Assembly (NCBI RefSeq): GCF_963921235.1
Contig: NC_086108.1
Location: 71,054,001-71,118,000 of the forward strand
Length of the DNA: 64,000 nucleotides
Source of the DNA: Mobula hypostoma
Taxonomy: Eukaryota
Reading direction: 5' to 3'
In this document: one piece after another, positions 50,381 to 61,841 of the stretch
How the letters are laid out: every line of letters begins with the position of its first letter
How positions within the stretch are numbered: position 1 is the stretch's first letter
Program-made: the position numbers and the translations under genes
Notes under the pieces: generated by a model
Told to the model about the DNA's origin: nothing
The model's input: the letters and a program-made list of their open reading frames with translations, nothing else
The model's database searches: none

Positions 50381-50569
50381 CCAGGCAGCATCTCTAGGAA
50401 GAGGTACAGTCGACATTTGGAGCCAAGACCCTTCGTCAGGATGAAGAGTCTCGGCCCGAAACGTTGACTGTACCTCTTCCTAGAGATGCTGCCTGGCCTG
50501 CTGCGTTCACCAGCAACTTTGGTTTGTGTTGCTTGAATTTCCAGCATCTGCAGAATTCCTCGTGTTTAC
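50381..50569. repeat. Palindromic Penelope terminal-repeat derivative (copy B) with an 11-bp TSD
   Basis: GAAGTAAAAGA at 50370-50380 and 50570-50580; arms inverted around ~50440. Confidence 0.9.
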
Positions 50570-52879
50570 GAAGTAAAAGAAAATCAGTTTGCAGAATCTG
50601 GAAATCTGAGATAAAATCAGAAAGTGCTTAAACACTCAGTAGTTCAAACAACATCTGTGGAAAATACATATTTTTAGCAAAATACTTTTTAAAAATCTGT
50701 GTGAGGCTTTTCCTTAATTTTCCTTAAATCATAGGAACAGGCATAAGCCAACAAGCATTTAATGATTGTATAATCATTCACTATTTGATGGCTATATACC
50801 TGTAATTTCTCTTTTCCTCATTTCTTAATGCTTTTGACTGCAATAACTTAACAATGTTTGATTTTTAAAATTAGCACCAATGGCCAACTTGTTCAGAACA
50901 CCTATCTCCTATCTATTTTAATCTTATTCCACTAAACTTTGATCTTCTGATTTCCTTCTTGGCCCTTGTGAAACTTGTATTATCAATGATCTTTCAATTT
51001 TATCTTTATCTGTTTCACCTTTGCCATATATGCTATCCTATTCCATTTGCAGCTTTGTTTCAAATTCTCTCATCAGATTTCTGCCTTTGCTGCAGAACTT
51101 TTCAGTCAATAATCAGTTACATAAGTGATATGCGTTATAACAATGATCATGATGCATTATCGTTTATAGCCTTCTTTGTTTACCTATAATATTATTTAAA
51201 AAATCAGATTTTGAATGTTTGAATAATTATTTAGTGTCACATTACTCGTGTATTTTGAAGTTTAGCGCATTATACTGGACTTAAATGTTCTAGATTATCA
51301 TTATTTCATGATTGAGTGTAGGGAAATCTGTGCATGTGTCTGGACAAACTACCTGCATCAGGGAAGCTAAACCACTCATTGAGAGTTGAATCCTACCAGT
51401 TAAACATGGTTGTAAGTTGTAGTTTTCCTCTTGGTTTGTCAAGAAGATAAACCCTGTGAGTTATTTTGCTTCTACTTAAAAGTTTGAGATCAATGGAAAC
51501 TCTTGCTTCAATGAAATGCCAATCGATTTAGTTTGTTTGGCATAGGTATTTACTACAGTCTGTTGAAATATCGAAAATCTCTTCTAATGCAATTGTAATA
51601 AATACTTATTTAATGCATTGTGAGTATTATTCAGCAAGAAACTGTAGGTACTCTAAATCTGAAGGACAGGTAACACCTATGGAGAGAGAACAGTTAGCAT
51701 TTCAGGTTGATGACATACTGCCAGAATCTTTTGCCAAGTTGATGAGAGGTAGTCAGACTGGTAGTTTAACTCCTGTTTTACACTGCATAAATACACCTGA
51801 TCTGAATATTTCCAGAATTTTCTGACTCTAATATCAATATTATAGTATCTAGAACAAATGTGGGGAGTAAGTTTTTAAAATCTTTCCCCAGGTTGCTTTA
51901 CTTTTAAGGTAATCAATGGTTAATTTGAAATGGTGAAAATGATTGCTCATCTCCCCTGGTTTCCCTACTCTTTTTCTTTATCAATGTGTGGTGTTCAGGA
52001 GGTTCTAAGCTGGCAGTGGAGCTTCCAGTGACAAGGTGGAAATGACTCCGCTTGCTGCTCTTTTACACTGCTTTCAGATTTTCTTATGCTTTTGAGAAAT
52101 GTATGAAAATAAGGTGTGTCTGTTCACATTTTTCAAAAAACATTTGTGATATTACTACTACAATAGTAGTACCGGGTTTCCCCCGCCATCCGAAGGTAGA
52201 GTGTTCCTGTGAAACGGTTCGTAAGCCGGAATGTCATAAAGTGAAGAAGCAATTACCATTTATTTATATGGGAAAAATTTGTGAGCGTTTGCAGACCCAA
52301 AAATAACCTACCAAATCATGCCAAATAACACACAAAACCTAAAATAACAGTAACCTATAGTAAAAGCAGGAATGATATGATAAATACACAGCCGATATAA
52401 AGTACAAATACTTTTCTACAATCATTGCCTGCACTGTTATCCGTAGCAAAAATCTCACGCAAGCGCTCTTGGCAAAAACACGGCGCAAGCGTTTTCGGCA
52501 GAAAATCTCACGCAAGCGCTCTCAGCAAAAACACTCTCTCCAGTAACCTTTAAGCTATGAAGCTGCCAAATCATACCAAATAACACATAAAAATACACAG
52601 CATATATAAAGTAGAAATAATGTATGTACAGTGTAGTATCACTTACGGGAATTGGGAAGACAGCGCCGAGCACACTGATGATGGTGTGTTAGGCTGAGTC
52701 ATCGGAGGTTGGGGTGGTGCAGTGGCCCCCACCCTCCGGGCAGTGAACCGATATCGATCCGCGAAGAATGCAGCGGTACAGCGGTAGCCAGGACGCATCC
52801 AGCACATCTTTAAGAAAAAAGCCAAAATAAACAAGCTAATTAATTAGGTACTGCCCAGCATGTAAATGTTGGCCCAGAT

Positions 52880-54002
52880 AAACTGATTCCTAAGCTCCGG
52901 AACCTGGCCCTTAGCACTCAGATCTGCAGCTGGATCTTCAACTTCCTCACAGACAGGACCCAGGCTATAAAAATAGGGGACAAGCTCTCCTCTACAATCA
53001 CTCTGAGCACCGGTGCCCCACAAGGCTGTGTACTCAGCCCCCGGCTATACTCACTGTAAACCCATGATTGTGTAGCCAAGTTTCCATCAAACTCAATATA
53101 TAAGGTGGCACAACAATTGTATGCCGTATCTCGGGTAATGATGAGTTTGAGTACAAAGAGGAAATTAAGAACCTGGTGGCATGGTGCGAAGACAATAACC
53201 TATCCCTCAACATCAGCAAGGCGAAGGAATTGGTTGTTGACTTCAGAAGGAGTAGCGGACCACATGACCCAATTTACATGGGGGGTACGCAAGTGGAACA
53301 GGTCAAAAGCTTTAAGTTCCTCGGGGTCAATACCACAAATGACCTGACTTGGTCCAACCAAGCAGAGTTCACTGCCAAGAAGGCCCACCAGTGCCTTTAC
53401 TTCCTGAGAAAACTAAAGAAATTTGGCCTGTCCCCTAAAACCCTCACTAATTTTTATAGATGCACTGTAGAAAGCATTCTTCTAGGGTGCATCACAACCT
53501 CATATGGAAGTTGTCCTGTCCAAGACCGAAAGATGCTGCAGAAGATCGTGAACATGGCACAGCACATCACACAAACCAATCTTCCGTCCTTGGACTCACC
53601 TTACACCGCCCGCTGTCGGAGCAGTGCTACCAGGATAATCAAGGACACGACCCACCCAGCCAACACACTTTCCGTCCCTCTTCCCTCCGGGAGAAGGCTC
53701 AGGAGCTTGAAGACTCATACGGCCAGATTTGGGAACAGCTTCTTTCCAACTGTGATAAGACTGCTGAACGAATCCTGACCCGGATCTGGGCCGTACCCTC
53801 CAAATATTCGGACCTGCCTCTCGGTTTTTTTGCACTACCTTACTTTCCATTTTTCTATTTTCTATATATGATTTATAATTTAATTTTTTAATATTTAATA
53901 TTTGTAATCCAGGGAGTGGGAAGCGCAGAATCAAATATCGCTGTGATGATTGTACGTTCTAGTATCAATGGTTTGGCGACAATAAAGTAGAAAGTATAAG
54001 TA
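52880..54002 (+). mobile_element. Rex1/Babar LINE, 5'-truncated
   Basis: [36 protein letters not shown] 53176..53778; AAGTAT-type tail. Confidence 0.92.
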
Positions 54003-56271
54003 CAGGTGTCCCCCGCTTTTCGAACATTCGCTTTACGAAACCTCACTGTTACGAAAGACTTACATTAGTACCCTGTTTTCGCTTTCAGAAGGTGTTTTCA
54101 CTGTTACGAAAAAAACTCGGCGTGCGAAAAAGTCAGCGTGTGATAAAAAGCAGCACCGCTGTCCCCGGATTCGGAATGGCATTATCGCCAGCATTGCTTT
54201 AACACGAGCCTGTGAGCAGTTGTTTGCAAGATGAGTTCTATGGTGTCGGAAAAGCCTGAAAGAGCTCGTAAGGGTGTTACACTTAGCGTAAAATTAAGCG
54301 TTTTGATGGTGGTGAACGAAGTAAGGATAAAGTGAGTTTGGCTTGTGGAAGCTGACGAAGATGATGTTGAAGAGCTTATGGCATCCCATGACCAAAAACT
54401 GATAGATGAAGAGCTGATGCAATTGGAAGAGGAAAGGATAACAATCGAAACCGAATGAGTAATGATAAAGTATGACTTTAATTTATGAAAAGGTACGTAG
54501 GTTTAGGGGATATTTGCAAGATTCTTTGAGTCCTTACAAAGAACTGTATGATAGAAAAATACGCGAGGATCAGCAGTCAAGCAAGCCTTCCACATCAGCC
54601 ACAGCAGACGACGAACCTCGATCTTCGACATCGAGGCGGGCAGTCATGGGAGAAGATGAGCTACCTGCTCTAATGGAAACAGATGACGAGATGACACCCC
54701 AGTGTCCCACCACCCCAACACCCAGGCCGCGGACAGATACTGTACCGATTTGCGGAGAATGCAGCAGTAGCCGGGAGGCACACAGCACATCTTTAAGAAA
54801 AAAGCCGAAATAAACATGCTAATTAATTAGGTGCCGCCCCACATGTAAATGTCGGCCCAGATCAGAGACGACGCAATCGGCACTGATCTGGGCCGACAAT
54901 TATGTGTCGGGCAGCACATAATTAATTAGCATGTTTATTTCGGCTTTTTTCTTAAAGATGCGCTGTGTGCCTCCCGGCTACCGCTGGACCCCTGCGTGCT
55001 TCACGGCAATGTATCGGTTGGTGGCCCGGAGGGTGGGGGCCACTGCACTACCCCAACCTGCGACAACTCAGTCTAACACACCATCATCAGTGTGCTCTGC
55101 GCTGTCCCAATTCCGGTAAGTGATACTACACTGTACATACATTATTTCTACTTTATATCGGCTGTGTATTTTTACGTGTTATTTGGTATGATTTGGCAGC
55201 TTCATAGTTTAAATATTACTGGAGAGCGCTTGCACCGTGATTTTGCCAACAGCGCTTGCGTGAGATTTTCTGCTGACGGCGCTTGCGTGAGATTTTCGCT
55301 ACGGAGGTCTGTGCAGGCAATGATCGTGGAAAAGTATTTCTACTTTATATGGGCTCTGTATTTATAGTCATAGTCATACTTTATTGATCCCAGGGGGAAA
55401 TTGGTTTTCGTTACAGTTGCACCATAAATAATAAATAGTCATAGAACCATAAATAGTTAAATAGTAATATGTAAATTATGCCAGTAAATTATGAAATTAG
55501 ACCAGGACCAGCCTATCGGCACAGGGTGTCTGACCCGCCAAGGGAGGAGTTGTAAAGTTTGATGGCCACAGGCAGGAACGACTTCCTATGACGCTCTGTG
55601 CTGCATCTTGGAGGAATGAGTCTCTGGCTGAATGTACTCCTGTGCCCAACCAGTACATTATGTAGTGGATGGGAGACATTGACCAAGATGGCATGCAACT
55701 TAGACAGCATCCTCTTTTCAGACACCACCGTGAGAGAGTCCAGTTCCATCCCCACAACATCACTGGCCTTACGAATACGTTTGTTGATTCTGTTGGTGTC
55801 TGCCACCCTCAGCCTGCTGCCCCAGCACACAACAGCAAACATGATAGCACTGGCCACCGCAGACTCATAGAACATCCTCAGCATCGTCCGGCAGATGTTA
55901 AAGGACCTCAGTCTCCTCAGGAAGTAGAGATGGCTCTGACCCTCCTTGTAGACAGCCTCAGTGTTCTTTGACCAGTCCAGTTTAATGTCAATTCGTATCC
56001 CCAGGTATTTGTAATCCTCCACCATGTCCACACTGACCCCCTGGATGGAAAATATGATATTTATCATATCATTCCTGCTTTTACTATATGTTACTGTTAT
56101 TTTAGGTTTTATGTGTTATTTGGCATGATTTGGTAGGTTATTTTTGGGTCTGCGAACGCTCACAAAATTTTCCCATATAAATAGATGGTAATTGCTTCTT
56201 CGCTTTATGACATTTCGGCTTACGAAACGTTTCATAGGAATGCTGTACCTTCAGATGGCGGGGGAAACCTG
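54003..56271 (+). mobile_element. Tigger-family element (copy 3, inner, opposite orientation)
   Basis: TA at 54001-02 and 56272-73; begins CAGGTGTCCCCCGC and ends GCGGGGGAAACCTG; MSSMVSEKPERARKGVTLSVKL N-terminal remnant. Confidence 0.92.
55366..56050 (-). mobile_element. Rex1-type LINE 3' fragment
   Basis: YKYLGIRID.KLDWSKNTEAVYKEGQSHLYFLRRLRSF; (ATGACT)n tail; TSD TATTTAT at 55359-65 and 56058-64. Confidence 0.92.
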
Positions 56272-57654
56272 TATAAGATCAGAGGCAGAATCGGTATCTG
56301 TCCGCGGCCTGGGGGTTGGGACCACTGGGGTGGTGGGACACAGAGGTGTCATCTCATCGTCGATCAGTGTAGGCAGGTCATCTTCTCCTGTGTCTGCCTG
56401 CCTCGATGGCGAAGGTCGAGGTTCGTCATCTGCTGTGGCTGATGTGGAAGGCTTGAAAAACAACAGTATGCTTGACTGCTTAGCCTCGCATATTTTTCTA
56501 TCATACAGTTCTTTGTAAGCACTCAAACCATCCTGCAAATATGCCCTAAACCGACGTACCCTTTCAAAATTAAAGTCGTACTTTATCATTGCAGCGAAAA
56601 TCTCACACAGTTGCTTCACTTTCAGTTCCTGGATGACTTAACTTTCGGTCCGTTCGCTACTGCATTCGGTTTCAATTGTTATTCTTTCCTCTTCCAATTG
56701 CATCAGCTCTTCATCTATCAGTTCTTGGTCATGGGATGCCAAAACCTCTTCAACATCATCTTCATCAACTTCCACAAGCCAAACTCACTTCGGCCTTACT
56801 TCGTTGACCACGATCGAAACGCTTAATTATGTCCAGTTTTACACTAAGTGTAACACCCTTACAAGCTCTTTTAGGCTTTTCCGATACCTTAGAACTCACC
56901 TTGCTAACGGCTGCTCACAGGCACGTGTTTAAGCAATGCCGGCGAGATTGCAGTTCCGAACCCGGGGGAGAGCGGCTGCTTGGGGCGCGTGCTGCCTTTT
57001 ATCGCGCACCATTTTTTTCGCGCGCTGTCTTTTTTCGTAACAGTGAAAACACCTTCTGTTAGTGAAAACAGGTAACTAATGTAGGTCTTTCGTAACAGTG
57101 AGGTTTTGTAAAGCGAACGTTTGAAAAGCAGGGTACACCTGTACCAGATGCAGGGGCTCAGCATTTAATTGGTAACCAGTGGTTACTCCAGAATTAACAG
57201 TTCTGTCCTTGTTAGTTCCTTGGAGTTTGATCTGTCTCCAGGGGCTTGAGGCTTAGTTCTGAACATAAATTTTCCAGATTATTTGGATGAGTGATTTGTG
57301 TTCAGCACACAGCCAAATGTCTACACTACTAGAGAACCATAGGATCTGTGCATTGGAAAAATTGTAACCTCCATGGTATGATTTCATGAATGTAATTATT
57401 TTAGTATTTGCTACAGAATTTGTATTATCATTAATTTATTAAATTGTAAAAGTTAGTAATTTTCCTGCCTAGGGCATGATATGTAGGTGGCAATCACATT
57501 TTCGTTGCTATCTTTGCTAAAATCAGGTAATTCGGTATACTGTAATTTTCTGTCTTGGGTGGTAATTTTAAATATATAGTCATAGAAAAAGATAGCACAT
57601 GTTCTCTATGAATATGTTGGGTCTGTCTGTGTGTCTGTTATGCCTTTGTGAACC

Positions 57655-57945
57655 TTTGCCTCTGAATTAGAGGGTTGAAGGTTCAATCACACCCCAAAGA
57701 TACGAGCATATTATCTAGTTTGACATGGAGTGTTCAGCTGTTGGAGGTGCCATCTTTCAGGGGCCCTGTTCAATCTTGGCCAATAATTATCTTTCTGCCA
57801 GTAGTATTAAAATAAGTCCATCTGGTGTTGATCACATTTTGTTTGCTGAAGCTTGTTGTGCTGCTGTGTTTCTCACCTGACTACTGTGACTGCAATTCAA
57901 GAGTACTTTGGCTGAAAAGCACTTTGGGATATCCTGGAAGGCTTG
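57655..57945 (+). mobile_element. Ancient DeuSINE (SacSINE1/AmnSINE-like) remnant
   Basis: CTGTTGGAGGTGCCATCTTTCAG, CTTGGCCAATA, ATCTGG...ATCACATT, GTGACTGCA.TTCAA.AGTA.TTTGGCTG.AAAGCACTTTGGGA resemble the recalled Deu domain and tail. Confidence 0.65.
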
Positions 57946-58174
57946 GTAAAAAATTTATTTTGTAATATTATCAGTTAGCAACATACAGAATTTGTGATGT
58001 AGAAATCTGGTTCTTTTTTGGCACGTGATGCCATATTGAGTAATAATGTTGTTAGATTAGTAATTGGGAACACTGGGTTAATAATCTTGAAAATATTTGT
58101 TCTAACTTGCAAAAGCAATTTTAGCATTTGAATGCAACTGATGTGAAGCTGTCAGATTGTCACAAGTAATCAGA

Positions 58175-58345
58175 GCAACACACACAAAATGCTGGAGGAA
58201 CTCAGCAGGCCAGACTGCCTCTATGGAAAAAAAGTACAGTCAACGTTTCGGGCCGATAGATGCTGCTTGGCCTGCTGAATTCCTACAGCATTTTGTGTAT
58301 GTTGCTTGGATTTCCAGCTTCTACAGATTTTCTCTTGTTTGTGAT
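58175..58345. repeat. Palindromic Penelope terminal-repeat derivative (copy C)
   Basis: CAACACACACAAAATGCTGGAGGAACTCAGCAGGCC with its inverted partner; degenerate 13-bp TSD at 58162-74 and 58349-61. Confidence 0.85.
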
Positions 58346-58992
58346 TTGACAAATAATCTGACATTTTATTATTTGATAAGTTCATGTTTATTGTCCAAGT
58401 ATGCATGTACAATACAACTCTGACATTTGTCTACTCCAGATAGCCATGAAGCCCCCAACCCGCCAACCCCTTGGCACAAAAAAGAGAAGAAACAAAACTC
58501 CCAGAACCCAAAATTCCCCCTTCCCTGCAGCAAAAACAGCCACAATAACAATCACCGACCCTCTACACATAACAATCCCTGACCCCCTCATTCGCAGAAA
58601 AGAACAGTGATAGTAGCACCAAACCCCCAACCCCTCCCCCTTACATACAAAAATTAACAGACCACCCACCTGCCAATCATCCACAAGAAAGAAAGCACCG
58701 AAAAAACTGAAGGAAACCAATATAAATTACAGTCCAATAATAACAATAAATCTCAAAATATATCTTGTGATGGCTGCATTAACTCTTGCTCCACAGCAAT
58801 GTTCCCTTTACATTGCCCTTGGAAATGGTTTAACAAATCACGTATTCACATCAAACACCATGCAGAGTTAGACTTGGTCTCAGGGTAACAACAGGCAGTT
58901 AGGGCATGAGAATATGCGGTCATTGTGATCAATTGAATGGAACATTTGAGGCTTTGGCAGAGATAAAAATGATTGTGTAGAAGTTGTTTTTA

Positions 58993-59694
58993 TCATAGTC
59001 ATAGTCATACTTTATTGATCCTGGGAGAAACTGGTTTTCGTTACAGTTGCACCATAAATAATAAATAGTAATAGAACCATAAATAGTTAAATAGTAATAT
59101 GTAAATTATGCTAGTAAATTATGAAATAAGTCCAGGCCCAGCCTATTGGCTCAGGGTGTCTGACCCTCCAAGGGAGGAGTTGTAAAGTTTGATGACCACA
59201 GGCAGGAATGACTTCCTATGACACTCTGTGTTGCATCTCGGTGGAATGAGTCTCTGGCTGAATGTACTCCTGTGCCCTGGAAGACATTGTCCAAGATGGC
59301 ATGCAACTTAGACAGCATCCTCTTTTCAGACAGCACTGTGAGAGAGTCCAGTTCCATCCCCACAACATCACTGGCCTTACGAATGAGTTTGTTGATTCTG
59401 TTGGTGTCTGCTACCCTCAGCCTGCTGCCCCAGCACACAACAGCAAACATGATCGCACTGGCCACCACAGACTCGTAGAACATCCTCAGCATCGTCTGGC
59501 AGATGTTAAAGGACCTCAGTCTCCTCAGGAAATAGAGACGGCTCTGACCCTCCTTGTAGACAGCCTCAGTGTTCTTTGACCAGTTCAGTTTATTGTCAAT
59601 TCGTATCCCCAGGTATTTGTAACCCTCCACCATGTCCACACTGACCTCCTGGATGGAAACAGGGGTCACTGGTACCTTAGCTCTCCTCAGGTCT
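58993..59694 (-). mobile_element. Rex1-type LINE 3' fragment (same subfamily as 55366-56050)
   Basis: Near-identical to 55366-56050; ORF 59151..59765; (ATGACT)n tail. Confidence 0.92.
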
Positions 59695-60909
59695 AGTATT
59701 AAAGAGCTGTGATGTAGAATGGAGTCAGGAGCATGAATCCACAGTTTAGGCAGTAACTTAAGCAAGCAGGGTGTGATTCCATACCCCCCCCCCCACTAAA
59801 AAAGAAGCTTATTATTCCTAGTGGTCCATTTTATATAGTACTTTGAAGAATTTACCTTTTTAAAAAATTCTCGTCCTTTGTTGTTTATCTGTGATTTTAA
59901 AACATTTTTTGACATTTACACATGACTTATTAAACCTCCTGCTAATGATACTAAAGTTATTTGCATTTGTACCCTTTCTGGTCAAACGATGCAGAGTACT
60001 GATGTGTTATAGGATTCTTAGTTCTCGAAGAAATGCCACTCAGGGTCTGTGCTGTAAGGCCAGGATCCTCTGACTACTCTGCTAGGGGACCAATACTGGT
60101 TCCTGCCCTCCACTGGCATTCTTGCAACAGTCAGTTACCCATGACTTTGGAGAGGATGCCTGTGAAAGTACTGGGTGTGCAGGGTGAATGTTTCAGCTGT
60201 TCATTAATGAAATGCATGTCCCCGGGTTGTAGCATATCTTGCACAGTTAGTGCTGGTCGTAGCTGGCAACTAACAGCATTGTCCATGTGTTGGCATCCCT
60301 TTCTTAATGGTAACAAGCTCAATGACCAGTGAGCACTATCGAAATTACCTCTGAAATCTGTGAGCCGGGGAAGGGTTGTGCAGCCAAACGGAGAAGACAA
60401 TGGCTTCCATCCTATCCAACATGAGGCGATGAGAGAATCGAAAGTCTCAGGTGGACAGTCAATACATGGAGCAAGTATTCGCAGTCCCCAGCACTGGCTT
60501 ACTAGTCGTGTGTCTAAGGTGAATAACCTGACTACTTGTCCCAGTCATTGCTGGAGCACTGGCAGAGACCCAGGTGTGTGTGTGGGTCTCCTCTTCACAT
60601 AATGGATGATTTTCTGACTTGGCAACTGAACTGTCTTCCACAAGAAATTCTGTGTAGAAGCATCTAAGAAGAATACATTGTACCAGAACTCTGTAGTATC
60701 TTGTTAATTGATTTCTTTTGAAGGCTGCAATGTGCTGAATGCTGTTAGATCACAATAATATGAATGGAAGAATAATATAACATAATAGGGTCTCAGTATA
60801 TTTAAGGATTGGAGTAACTTGTATAAGCAAAATTAAGACACAAAGTTCTACATTAACGAGTATTATTATTATACTTCCTACATTTTAAAGACTTTTATTT
60901 TCATGACTT

Positions 60910-61108
60910 CACACACAAAATGCTGGAGGAACTCAGCAGGCCAGGCAGCATCTATGGAAAAAAAAAAGTACAGTCGATGTTTCAGGCTGAAACTCAGCCC
61001 AAAACATCAACTGTTCTTTCTTCCATAGATGCTGCCTGGCCTGCTGAGTTCCTCCAGCATTTTGTGTGTGTTGCTTGTATTTTCAGCATCTGTAGATTTT
61101 CTCGTTTG
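60910..61108. repeat. Palindromic Penelope terminal-repeat derivative (copy D) with a 15-bp TSD
   Basis: TTATTT(T/G)CATGACTT at 60895-60909 and 61109-61123; arms inverted around ~60992. Confidence 0.9.
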
Positions 61109-61788
61109 TTATTTGCATGACTTTGAAGTCTTTCAGAAATTCTGTGTGACAGTGACGAACAGCTACTTAATTTGTTGGACCTTGGCTGGTATTAGAAAAT
61201 AAAAACTAGTTCATAGGAGATGTGTAATTTTTTTTAAAGTTTAAAAGTGAATTTTGGATGTTATCTGTCTCGATCAGGGGCATACCAACAGAAATTAAAA
61301 CTTTAACTTTTTAAGATATCTGTGAATTTTTTGATGTTGAAATCTTCAAAAAAAAGTGTTTTTCTAACATTTTCAATAGTGCAGACCTGTTTCCAAAAAA
61401 GTCAGGTCAGACATCCTTAAGTGATATAATGTTTTAGGTTATAGCATTACCAACTTTTTCTCTTCAGTGGGAAGTAAAATTCAAAAATACGTATTGCACA
61501 GTCTATTAGAATTTCTGTTAAGTTTCCAGTTCTTTGAAAATTGCCTTGGGTTCTTGACAAAAAGCACATTTTTGATCGGTTATCTCTATACCTGGGTTTC
61601 AATCTTCTTTGCTGTTTATTTATTTTGGGTTCTGAAGTTTCATATTTCTGTACATTCTTTTGTTTAACTGCTTTAAGCTATTCATTGTACCCCCTCACTG
61701 TAACTGTTATGTAGAGTTCATGAGACAATAAGAATATTGATTTGTTGTTTGTATATTATTTCTTAAGTTACATCTTATTATATTTTAG

Positions 61789-61841
61789 GACCCAGGGATC
61801 ATCCTGATATTGTTGATTCATTTATGCAACTCCTGGCACAG
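61789..61841 (+). CDS. IPO13: Importin-13 exon: (G)PRDHPDIVDSFMQLLAQ
   Basis: ttttag acceptor and GTGTGT donor; 53 nt; phase matches the previous exon. Confidence 0.95.

Larger units (their letters stand above)
52172..57141 (-). mobile_element. Tigger-family element (copy 2, outer; segments 52172-52879 and 56276-57141)
   Basis: TA at 52170-71 and 57142-43; same TIRs and internal sequence as copy 1; split at AGAT by nested insertions. Confidence 0.88.
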
